This document shows, one piece after another, positions 1 through 7,506 of a stretch of DNA of 19,065 nt; position 1 is the stretch's first letter; every line of letters begins with the position of its first letter. Both the position numbers and the translations under genes were made by a program. The notes under the pieces were generated by a model that made no database searches, had not been told where the DNA came from, and worked only from the letters and a program-made list of their open reading frames with translations. Origin of the DNA: an uncultured bacterium (lineage in GTDB: Bacteria; Caldisericota; Caldisericia; B22-G15); contig CBFDTJ010000022.1 of assembly GCA_965612865.1 (NCBI GenBank), positions 1 to 19,065 of the forward strand. The letters run 5' to 3'.

Positions 1-228
1 TTCTTTTACATTTATATTTCTGAAAAGACTTACATGAAAAACTATCTTTATGTTTTTACCATCAATAAAGACCTCAACACCTCTTTTTCCTTCATCCCAT
101 CCCAGTATTTTTTGGATACTCTCTTTAAAGTTAACAGGAGAAAGCCCTACAACACCATAACAGCGCATAGCGGAGAGAACTGCTATTTGTTTAATTGCTT
201 TTTTCGTTATAAAAGTTTTTCCTTTCAT
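1..228 (-). CDS. Asp23/Gls24 family protein (YloU-like), runs off the left edge; missed by the ORF track
   Basis: Hand translation of the minus strand: MKGKTFITKKAIKQIAVLSAMRCYGVVGLSPVNFKESIQKILGWDEGKRGVEVFIDGKNIKIVFHVSLFRNINVKE, open to position 1. The 'CYGVVGL...RGVEV' pattern is typical of YloU/Asp23. In-frame ATGs at 228 and 237; 228 is preferred because 237 lies inside a TATAAT box. Confidence 0.8.
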   Translation of the reverse strand, partial: MKGKTFITKKAIKQIAVLSAMRCYGVVGLSPVNFKESIQKILGWDEGKRGVEVFIDGKNIKIVFHVSLFRNINVKE

Positions 229-235
229 CTCTCTC

Positions 236-244
236 ATTATACCA
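236..244 (-). promoter_or_regulatory. Extended -10 element (TGGTATAAT) 7 nt upstream of the Asp23-family ATG at 228
   Basis: Minus strand reads CATGGTATAATGAGAGAGATG, a perfect TGn-TATAAT. Confidence 0.55.
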
Positions 245-273
245 TGAGAAAATTATATAGATTTGTATGATTT

Positions 274-924
274 CTATCTGTGAGTTTTTATCCCAACTTT
301 ATTGCAGTATTTACTTATGGGGCATATGGAACATTTTGGAGATATTGGAGTACAAATGTTTTGCCCAAAAGAAACAAACAGATCGTTAAATTCTATCCAA
401 TATTTCTTTGGGATTATTTTTCTTAACTCCATTTCTGTTTCTTCCGGGGTTTTGGTTTTAACAAGCCCCAGTCTATTTGATACTCTATGAACATGAGTAT
501 CCACAGCTATACCATATTTGTTAAATCCTTGTGTGATAACTATGTTTGCTGTTTTTCTTCCAACACCTGGAAGAGTTAGAAGTTCTTCCAGGTTGTCTGG
601 GACTTTTCCTCCAAACCGCTCTATTAGGATTTTTGAAATTTCTTTAATCCTTTTTGCCTTAACTCTATAAAATCCCACAGGATAAATAAGCTCCTCAATT
701 TTTTTGGTTGAAAGGTTCAAAAACTCCTCTGGGGTTTTGGCTACCAAAAAGAGCCTTTTGCTTGCCTTTAGTGTGACTCCATCCTTTGTTCTAAGGGAGA
801 GGAGACAGGAAATAAGGACCCTGAAAGGGTCCTTTGTCTCCTGAATCTCAGATATAGCAGTTTTTTTAAATTTCCCCTTTTCTTTTTTAAGGGTTTCTAT
901 GATTCTTTGTACTGTATCTGTCAC
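274..924 (-). CDS. nth: Endonuclease III (HhH-GPD DNA glycosylase/AP lyase with 4Fe-4S cluster)
   Basis: HhH motif [15 protein letters not shown], catalytic AVDTHV, C-terminal C-x6-C-x2-C-x5-C ([17 protein letters not shown]). GTG start overlaps the TGA of the upstream permease (GTGA). Confidence 0.95.
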   Translation of the reverse strand: MTDTVQRIIETLKKEKGKFKKTAISEIQETKDPFRVLISCLLSLRTKDGVTLKASKRLFLVAKTPEEFLNLSTKKIEELIYPVGFYRVKAKRIKEISKILIERFGGKVPDNLEELLTLPGVGRKTANIVITQGFNKYGIAVDTHVHRVSNRLGLVKTKTPEETEMELRKIIPKKYWIEFNDLFVSFGQNICTPISPKCSICPISKYCNKVGIKTHR

Positions 925-1856
925 TCTCTTCTGTATGGCTTAAGGAGAGATCCTGGGTAAGAGGCGTTTCTTGCAACAAGAATTAAAACAATTATTGTGA
1001 GTAGATATGGCATTATGAGAAATAGTTGATAAGGAATATTAAATCCTATCGCCTGAAGTCTCAGCTGGAGTGCATCAACTCCTCCAAAGAGAAGTGCTCC
1101 CCATAAAACTTTTGTTGGATTCCAGTTTGCAAATATAACTAAAGCTATGGAAACCCAGCCTCTTCCACCTACCATACCATAGAGAAACATGTTGAAATGT
1201 GCAAGGGTAAAGAAACTTCCAGCAAAGCCCATTAATCCACCAGCTATCATCAGGGCAATATACCTGGTTTTGAAAACGTTTATTCCCACAGCATCTGCTG
1301 CTTCAGGGTTTTCACCAACTGCTCTTAAGGAGAGACCAAACCTTGTCTTAAAAAGTACATAGGATGCAATGGGGACAAGGATTATTGCTATATAGGTAAG
1401 GATGTATTGGTCAAAAAGTATAGGACCAAGAATAGGTATACTGGAGAGTCCGGGAATGGAAAGAGTTTTAAAAGTCTGGATTGTTGGTGGAACCTTTGGG
1501 GAACCAATAATTTGTCTGTAAGTAAACAGAGATAAGCCTGTAGCAAGAAGTGTTATTCCCAATCCACTTACATGCTGAGAAAGACCAAGGGATACAGAGA
1601 ATACTCCCATAAGAAGACCAAAAAGTATACCTGAGATAATTGCTGCAATAATTCCTAACCAGAGATTTCCAGTAAAATACGTGGTAAGGAAGGCTGCCAG
1701 AGCACCGAAAAGCATGGTTCCTTCTATTCCAAGATTTAATATCCCTGCTCTCTCACAGAAGGTTTCACCAAGAGTAGCAAGGATAAGGGGAGTTGCCATC
1801 CTCAAAGTTGCTGAAAGCAGTCCTATGAAAAAGCCAACGGTAAGTATCTCCTTCAT
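921..1856 (-). CDS. ABC transporter permease, nucleoside/BMP-type (YufQ/NupC-like, BPD_transp_2 family)
   Basis: Polytopic hydrophobic protein with [36 protein letters not shown] and [17 protein letters not shown] motifs. AAGGAGG SD and ATGA overlap with the upstream permease. Confidence 0.9.
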   Translation of the reverse strand: MKEILTVGFFIGLLSATLRMATPLILATLGETFCERAGILNLGIEGTMLFGALAAFLTTYFTGNLWLGIIAAIISGILFGLLMGVFSVSLGLSQHVSGLGITLLATGLSLFTYRQIIGSPKVPPTIQTFKTLSIPGLSSIPILGPILFDQYILTYIAIILVPIASYVLFKTRFGLSLRAVGENPEAADAVGINVFKTRYIALMIAGGLMGFAGSFFTLAHFNMFLYGMVGGRGWVSIALVIFANWNPTKVLWGALLFGGVDALQLRLQAIGFNIPYQLFLIMPYLLTIIVLILVARNASYPGSLLKPYRRE

Positions 1857-2917
1857 TCCACCCTCCTTATTCTGTACTCATATAAAAGAAGCATGGCAAG
1901 CATAACAAGAAGTGTTATTCCCTGTATGACATCAGCAATAAATGATGTAACCCCTGTAGCTCTACTCATATATTCAGCACCGGTTATAATAATTCCAAAG
2001 AAGAAAGCAGCAAGCATAACACCTATAGGGTGAAGTCCTCCAAGCATGGCAATGACTATACCACTGTATCCATATCCGGGAGATATATTTTCTGTTAAAT
2101 GGAAATGAAGTCCTGCTACCTCTCCTACACCAGCAAGTCCTGCAATTCCTCCACTTATAACTGCTGTGAGGATTATGGTTTTTATTGTGTTTATACCAAG
2201 AAAGTATGCGGCCTTTGCATTGGCTCCCGTAGCCCTTATTCTAAACCCAAGTTTTGTGTGCTTTATGATTACATATACCACAATAATAGCAATGATAGAC
2301 ACAATTAATCCAAAGTGTACCCTTGATCTTGCAAATAGTTTCGGGTATTCTGCATTCTTTGCAATCATTATAGACTGAGGCCAGCTTGTTACTGGATCTC
2401 TCCATGGGCCTTCAAGTATTGCTGATACCATGTAGATCATTATATAATTCATAAGGAGTGTGGTTACTACGTCGTCTACCTTGAATCTTGCCTTAAGAAA
2501 ACCAGGTATTAATGCCCATAGAGAACCAGCAATGAATCCTACTACAATCATAAGGAATATATATATAGGGGATGGTAAAGAGAAGTGACTTATTCCCAGC
2601 CATGTAGCAGCAAGAGCTCCAGCATATAATTGTCCTTCTGCACCAATGTTCCAGAACTTTGCTGTAAATGCAAGGGATACAGCAATTCCTGTTAGTATAA
2701 GGGGAGTTGCTTTAACCAGAGTCTCCATAAAACCAAGTCTTGTACCAAGGGCTCCATAGAATATTGCGTAAAATGCACTTATCGGATTTCTTCCAGCGAG
2801 TAGAATTATTATTGCAGAGAAAAGAAACGATATGCCTATTGCTATAAAAGGAATTGCTATTCTAAGCCATGTTGGAGGTGACGGTCTTTTCTCCAGCCTA
2901 AATTTAGGAAATCTCAC
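1853..2917 (-). CDS. ABC transporter permease, nucleoside/BMP-type (YufP/NupB-like)
   Basis: FWNIGAEGQL, TKLGFRIRATGANAKAA and GYGYSGIVIAMLGGLHP motifs. GTG start with AAGGAGG SD. Confidence 0.9.
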   Translation of the reverse strand: MRFPKFRLEKRPSPPTWLRIAIPFIAIGISFLFSAIIILLAGRNPISAFYAIFYGALGTRLGFMETLVKATPLILTGIAVSLAFTAKFWNIGAEGQLYAGALAATWLGISHFSLPSPIYIFLMIVVGFIAGSLWALIPGFLKARFKVDDVVTTLLMNYIMIYMVSAILEGPWRDPVTSWPQSIMIAKNAEYPKLFARSRVHFGLIVSIIAIIVVYVIIKHTKLGFRIRATGANAKAAYFLGINTIKTIILTAVISGGIAGLAGVGEVAGLHFHLTENISPGYGYSGIVIAMLGGLHPIGVMLAAFFFGIIITGAEYMSRATGVTSFIADVIQGITLLVMLAMLLLYEYRIRRVE

Positions 2918-4430
2918 TTAAAGCCTCCTTTCTTGTTCCAGTCATCATAAGTCCAATTTCTTCTTTAGGAAGCTCTCCTCTATTCACAAACCCCATAATC
3001 TCACCTTCATATAAAACCATAATTCTATCTGAAAGATTTATAATTTCATCAAGATCCTCTGAGATTAACAGAATGGCACACCCTTTGGCTCTTTCTTCGA
3101 GTAGTCTCTCATGGATATACTCAGCTGCCCCTACATCAAGTCCTCTTGTCGGTTGTGAAGCTATAAGAAATTTCGGCTCTCTTGATATAACTCTTGCAAG
3201 AATTACCTTCTGAAGGTTACCTCCTGAAAGTGTCCTTGTTATTACATTAACATGTGGTGTTCTTATATCAAACTCTTTTACAAGCTTTTCAGCATAAGAT
3301 TTTATCTCTTTGTAGTTAAGAAAGAGCCCTTTTGAAAATGGAGGTTTGTCAAAATACTCAACTACAAGATTTTCGTATAGAGGAATATCAAGAATTAATC
3401 CTGCCTCCATTCTGTCTTCAGGAATTCTACCAACTCCCATTTCTATAATTTCCTTTGGACTTTTTCCAGTTATTTCTTTATCTAAAAGTACAACTCTTCC
3501 ATCTACTGGTTTTCTAACTCCAGAAATTACGTCTTCAAGTTCCTTTTGACCATTTCCAGCAACACCTGCAACTCCGAGAATTTCACCAGAACTTACCGTA
3601 AAAGATATGTTCTTGAGGGCAAGGTAGCCTCTATCACTCATGGCAGAAAGATTTTCAACTTTAAATATTTCTTCTCCTAACTCTGGCGGTTCTTCGGAGA
3701 TAATCTCTATAACTTCCTTACCCACCATCATTTTGGCAAGCTCTCTTCTTGATGTTTTGTCAGGCGTAGTCTCCCCTACAACTCTTCCAGTTCTTAAAAC
3801 AACAATTCTGTCACTTATCTCAAGAACTTCATAGAGTTTATGAGAAATAAATATAATTGTTTTCCCCTCTTCCCTCAGTATTTTTAATGTCTTAAATAAT
3901 TCATCAACTTCTTGAGGTGTTAGAACTGCTGTTGGTTCATCAAGAATTATTATTTCTGCGTTTCTAAAGAGGACTTTAAGAATTTCAACTCTCTGTTTTT
4001 CACCCACAGAAATTTGCCATATCTTTGCATCAGGATCCACATGTAATCCATATCTATCCATGTATTCTTTTATCTTATTTTTTGCCTCTTCGAGGTCAAT
4101 GGTTGCCTTCTCACCAGGTAATCCAAGTATGATGTTTTCAGTTACTGAAAATGGATTCACAAGGGTGAAATGCTGGTGTACCATTCCTATTCCATTGTCT
4201 ATAGCATCTTTTGGCGAATTAATCTCTACCTTTTTTCCTTTTATGTATATTTCCCCCTCATCCTTGGAGTACATTCCATAGAGTATCTTCATTAGTGTGG
4301 TTTTTCCTGCTCCGTTTTCTCCAAGAAGAGAAACTATCTCGCCCTTGTAAGCTTCAAAATTTATGTGATCATTTGCTAAAACTCCTGGAAATCTCTTTGT
4401 AATACCTTGCATGGAAAGAATCTTTTCCAT
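2904..4430 (-). CDS. ABC transporter ATP-binding protein with tandem NBDs (YufO/NupA-like)
   Basis: Walker A GENGAGKT, ILDEPT, second degenerate Walker A GVAGNGQ, signature LSGGNLQK. Start moved from 4457 to ATG 4430 (MEKILSM) because AAGGAG lies 6 nt upstream, whereas 4457 abuts a hairpin/U-tract. Confidence 0.92.
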   Translation of the reverse strand: MEKILSMQGITKRFPGVLANDHINFEAYKGEIVSLLGENGAGKTTLMKILYGMYSKDEGEIYIKGKKVEINSPKDAIDNGIGMVHQHFTLVNPFSVTENIILGLPGEKATIDLEEAKNKIKEYMDRYGLHVDPDAKIWQISVGEKQRVEILKVLFRNAEIIILDEPTAVLTPQEVDELFKTLKILREEGKTIIFISHKLYEVLEISDRIVVLRTGRVVGETTPDKTSRRELAKMMVGKEVIEIISEEPPELGEEIFKVENLSAMSDRGYLALKNISFTVSSGEILGVAGVAGNGQKELEDVISGVRKPVDGRVVLLDKEITGKSPKEIIEMGVGRIPEDRMEAGLILDIPLYENLVVEYFDKPPFSKGLFLNYKEIKSYAEKLVKEFDIRTPHVNVITRTLSGGNLQKVILARVISREPKFLIASQPTRGLDVGAAEYIHERLLEERAKGCAILLISEDLDEIINLSDRIMVLYEGEIMGFVNRGELPKEEIGLMMTGTRKEALSEIS

Positions 4431-4457
4431 AGGCTTCTCCTTGTTACTATCAAACAT

Positions 4458-4489
4458 AAAAATAAGGGGGAGACTTCTCCCCCTTATTT
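4458..4489 (-). terminator. Intrinsic terminator-like / mRNA-stabilising hairpin between the substrate-binding gene and the ATPase
   Basis: Perfect inverted repeat AAATAAGGGGGAGA (4460-4473) / TCTCCCCCTTATTT (4476-4489). On the minus strand the stem runs into TTATTTTTATG. Confidence 0.75.
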
Positions 4490-4503
4490 AATCTAAACTC
4501 CTA

Positions 4504-5517
4504 CTAATCAGACTTTGGAGTGTTTTCGTCAACTGGAACTCTGAAGAGTCCGTTTATTATATCCTGTGTCTTCTTCTCTATCAATGTTTTTACGTCCTCT
4601 GGGAGTTTATCTTTCCACTCTTCACAGAGAACGAGCTTTGCTCCGCCCTTACCCATCATGCTCCAGTCTTTAAGATCAACTGCTTTGAAGGAACCGTTCT
4701 TTACTGATTCAATTACAAACTTAACTGTGGGCCACATATCCCATACAGGGCTACCGATGACAAGACCTGGTGCAAGATCACACTGGTCAAGTATGTTTCC
4801 AAAGACCGGAATGTCTCTCTCTTTACATGCATCAATTACACCGTATCTTTCACCAAACATAACATCTGCACCTGCCTCAATCTGTGCGATGGCAGCTTCT
4901 TTTGCCTTTGGTGGATCAAACCAACTACCTATGAATGTAACCTTGACTTTTACATCTGGATTGACTTCTTTTGCACCAACAATAAAGGCATTAACGATCC
5001 TGTTGACCTCTGGTACAGGATAACCTGCAACTACGCCAATAATATTGGATTTTGTGAGGTTACCTGCAATGAGACCTGCAAGATATGCTGGTTCATGAAT
5101 CCAGTCATCAAATACTGCGAAGTTTGGATCCATTGGACCACCACCAGAGCCAAAAACAAAGGCAATATTTGGGTAATCCTTTGCGACTCTTCTTGCAGCC
5201 TCTTCATTACCAAAAGCATCTCCCATAATGATGTCTGGTCCCTTGTCTGCGTATTCTCTGAGTACTCTCTCGAAATCAGAGTAACCTACGCTTTCTGTCC
5301 ACTCGTATTCTATCCCCAGCTCCTCCTTTGCCTTTAATAGAGCGTGGTGGATAGCGCCATCCCACGGTTCCTCGATAGGTGTTGCGAAGATACCCACCAC
5401 CTTGAGTTTTTTCTCCTCAGGTGGTTGCTCTTGCGGTTGCTCTGCTGGAGCACATGCTGTAAATAGAAGTATTCCCGCAATGATTAAAACTCCAAGAAGA
5501 ATTAGTCCTTTTTTCAT
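4504..5517 (-). CDS. BMP family ABC transporter substrate-binding lipoprotein
   Basis: Signal peptide with lipobox LFTA-C, then a Pro/Gln/Glu linker. BMP motifs AYLAGLIAGNLTKSNIIGVVAG and FIGSWFDPPKAKEAAIAQIEAGADV. GAGGAGGTG SD; tandem TAG TAG stops. Confidence 0.9.
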   Translation of the reverse strand: MKKGLILLGVLIIAGILLFTACAPAEQPQEQPPEEKKLKVVGIFATPIEEPWDGAIHHALLKAKEELGIEYEWTESVGYSDFERVLREYADKGPDIIMGDAFGNEEAARRVAKDYPNIAFVFGSGGGPMDPNFAVFDDWIHEPAYLAGLIAGNLTKSNIIGVVAGYPVPEVNRIVNAFIVGAKEVNPDVKVKVTFIGSWFDPPKAKEAAIAQIEAGADVMFGERYGVIDACKERDIPVFGNILDQCDLAPGLVIGSPVWDMWPTVKFVIESVKNGSFKAVDLKDWSMMGKGGAKLVLCEEWKDKLPEDVKTLIEKKTQDIINGLFRVPVDENTPKSD

Positions 5518-5550
5518 TTTTTACACCTCCTCAAAGGTTTTCCTAATTAC

Positions 5551-5579
5551 ACTTTAGACTATGTAATAAAATTTGTCAA
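5551..5579 (-). promoter_or_regulatory. Sigma70-type promoter for the BMP/ABC operon
   Basis: Minus strand TTGACA (5579-5574), 17-nt spacer, TAAAGT (5556-5551). Confidence 0.65.
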
Positions 5580-5609
5580 GCTTCGTCAGTTTTAGCACAA
5601 GAAATGCTG

Positions 5610-5615
5610 TATAAT
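5610..5615 (+). promoter_or_regulatory. Candidate -10 box (TATAAT) for the ord-DUF364 operon
   Basis: Perfect TATAAT ending 32 nt before the ATG at 5648. No convincing -35 element. Confidence 0.4.
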
Positions 5616-5647
5616 TAAGTATATTAAGGCATTTGAAGGAGTGGAAT

Positions 5648-6655
5648 ATGAGAAAAATAAAAGTTGCAGTTTTTGGAACTGGATCAATGGGAAGAGGTAT
5701 GATTTCATTGATTCTAAAGAAGAAAGAACTTGAACTTGTTGGGGTGGTGGCAAGAAGGAAGAAAAGGGAAGGAAAAGATGTTGGAGAGATTATTGGAGAA
5801 GGTAAGATTGGGATAGAGATTAGGAATGATACAAAGGAAATCATAGATAAAGGAGTGGACATTTTTCTTCATGCCACCTGTTCAAAGGTAAAAGATGCAT
5901 ATCCTGAGATAAAAAAGATAGCTGAAGAAGGAGTGAATGTAATAACAATTGCAGAGGAGATGGCTTATCCGTGGATAGTTGAACCAGAGCTATCCAGGGA
6001 ACTCCATAAAATTGCCATAGAAAATAACGTTACGATTTTGGGTACAGGTATAAATCCTGGTTTTGTCCTGGACACTCTTATAATAACTCTTACAGGTATT
6101 ATGAGTAAAATTGATAGAATCTATGCAAAAAGGGTAAATGATTTATCTCCATATGGACCAAGTGTTATGAAGACTCAAGGAGTTGGAACTACACCAGAGG
6201 AGTTTGAAAAAGGACTTAAATCTGGAGAAATTGTAGGTCATTTTGGTTTTCCTCAATCAATCCATATGATAGGTGAAGCAATAGGCTGGAAGATAGAGAA
6301 AGTAATAGAGGAAAGGAAGCCAATAATCTCTAAGGTAGAAAGAAAAACAAGGTGTGTAACTGTGAAACCTGGTATGGTAGCAGGATGTCACCACAGGGGA
6401 ATGGGAATTGTGGATGGAGAAGAGAAGATAGTACTTGATCACCCTCAACAGATACTTCCGCACCTTGAAGGAATTGAAACAGGAGATTACATAAAAATAG
6501 ATGGAGAACCACCAATAAATTTTGTGAATAAACCAGAGATAAAGGGTGGAGTTGGAACCATTTCCATAGCAGTTAACATGATACCAATTGTTTTAGATGA
6601 AGAACCGGGACTTTTAACTATGAAAGACACAAAAATCCCGAGATTCATAAAATGA
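5648..6655 (+). CDS. ord: 2,4-diaminopentanoate dehydrogenase (Ord) family NAD(P)-dependent amine dehydrogenase
   Basis: Rossmann GTGSMG plus family motifs NVITIAEEMAYP, LGTGINPGFVLD, KRVNDLSPYGPSVMKTQGVG, GHFGFPQSI, HPQQI, TGDYI, GGVGTISIAVNMIP and PGLLTM. These follow clostridial Ord as I recall it. Start at ATG 5648 (after AAGGAG) rather than TTG 5633. Confidence 0.8.
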   Translation: MRKIKVAVFGTGSMGRGMISLILKKKELELVGVVARRKKREGKDVGEIIGEGKIGIEIRNDTKEIIDKGVDIFLHATCSKVKDAYPEIKKIAEEGVNVITIAEEMAYPWIVEPELSRELHKIAIENNVTILGTGINPGFVLDTLIITLTGIMSKIDRIYAKRVNDLSPYGPSVMKTQGVGTTPEEFEKGLKSGEIVGHFGFPQSIHMIGEAIGWKIEKVIEERKPIISKVERKTRCVTVKPGMVAGCHHRGMGIVDGEEKIVLDHPQQILPHLEGIETGDYIKIDGEPPINFVNKPEIKGGVGTISIAVNMIPIVLDEEPGLLTMKDTKIPRFIK

Positions 6656-7419
6656 GTAGAATCATTGATGAAATATTAGATTTTGTATATAAGGAAATTC
6701 CTCTTGAGGATATAAATATAGTTGACGCTCGTATTGGTGCTGTGTATTCTGGGGCAATATTGTCAAATGGTTATGCAGGTATTGCATGGATAGTAAGAGA
6801 GAAGCTCCATATTCATCCTGTGGATAGGGCAGGTTTTTTAACTAAGATTAATGCTAAAAAGGAGCTTCCCAAACTCATCTTTTCTGAAAATCCCTTTGAG
6901 AGAAGTTTTGGTTTTTCAATCCTTAACGCGCTTATAAGCTCTACCCTAAAGGAAGATATAACTATAGGAGATGCTTTAGATGCAGTCTCTATAAGAGATG
7001 GAGATACGATAACTTTAATCGGAGCAATAGGTCCTTTTATAAAGGAGCTTTCAAAGAGAAAAGTCAACATAAACCTTTTTGAAAGGGGAGAGGTTAGGGA
7101 GGAGTTCAGGAAATTCTTAAGGTTGGAGGAGGATTTGAAGAAGGTTCTTTTAGAGACAGACATACTTATATTAACAGGTGTTACCTTAGAGAATTTCTCC
7201 ATTGATGATATAGTCTCACTTCCTACAAGGGCAAGAGAGAAGATTATTTCAGGTCCTACAACTCCAATGGTTAAAGAGGTTTTCAAAAAAAGAGGATTTA
7301 CGCTTGTTGCTGGTATAAAGGTTGTGAATCCCAGGATGATGATAAAAACTGTAGGTGAAGGAGGGGGAACCAAAGTAATTATTAAAAATTCTGCTGAAAA
7401 GGTATTCTTCAGATTATAG
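6652..7419 (+). CDS. DUF364 (Rossmann-like) domain protein with enolase-N-like (DUF4213) N-terminus
   Basis: Motifs ERSFGFSILNAL, ITLIGAIGP, DILILTGVTLENFSID, ISGPTTP and VGEGGG. ATGA overlap with ord. Confidence 0.75.
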   Translation: MSRIIDEILDFVYKEIPLEDINIVDARIGAVYSGAILSNGYAGIAWIVREKLHIHPVDRAGFLTKINAKKELPKLIFSENPFERSFGFSILNALISSTLKEDITIGDALDAVSIRDGDTITLIGAIGPFIKELSKRKVNINLFERGEVREEFRKFLRLEEDLKKVLLETDILILTGVTLENFSIDDIVSLPTRAREKIISGPTTPMVKEVFKKRGFTLVAGIKVVNPRMMIKTVGEGGGTKVIIKNSAEKVFFRL

Positions 7420-7470
7420 GAGAGGTGAAGTCTTTCTTTATTAAAACTATTTTGGTAGTAAAATAACCTG

Positions 7471-7479
7471 TGTTATAAT
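7471..7479 (+). promoter_or_regulatory. Extended -10 promoter (TGTTATAAT) of the nusA operon
   Basis: TG-T-TATAAT at 7471-7479, SD AGGAGG at 7497-7502, GTG start at 7507. Confidence 0.6.
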
Positions 7480-7506
7480 TGTTCAAGAGAATTAGAAGGA
7501 GGAAAA

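Noticed and set aside
34..270. 78-aa plus-strand ORF from the ORF track
   Set aside because: It is an antisense shadow of the recognisable minus-strand Asp23/Gls24 gene, with no SD or motif.
4431..4457. N-terminal extension MFDSNKEKP of the ABC ATPase
   Set aside because: ATG 4457 abuts the hairpin U-tract with no accessible SD, while ATG 4430 has AAGGAG at proper spacing.
4501..4506. Tandem TAG TAG after the BMP gene as possible pyrrolysine or read-through site
   Set aside because: The protein is complete, and a double stop followed by a hairpin argues for firm termination. I saw no gene in the window interrupted by an in-frame TGA/TAG, so there is no evidence of recoding.
4520..5023. 167-aa plus-strand ORF, and similar long antisense ORFs at 6813-7373, 9055-9471, 10173-10637, 13340-13669 and 16646-16975
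   Set aside because: All lie opposite well-supported genes and have the low-information composition typical of reverse-complement shadows.
5554..5862. 102-aa minus-strand ORF spanning the BMP/ord spacer
   Set aside because: Mostly antisense to ord, runs over promoter elements, and has no recognisable motif.
7418..7442. Possible terminator AGGAGAGG-TGAAG-TCTTTCTT after DUF364
   Set aside because: Half of the stem pairs are G-U, which is too weak to call without data.
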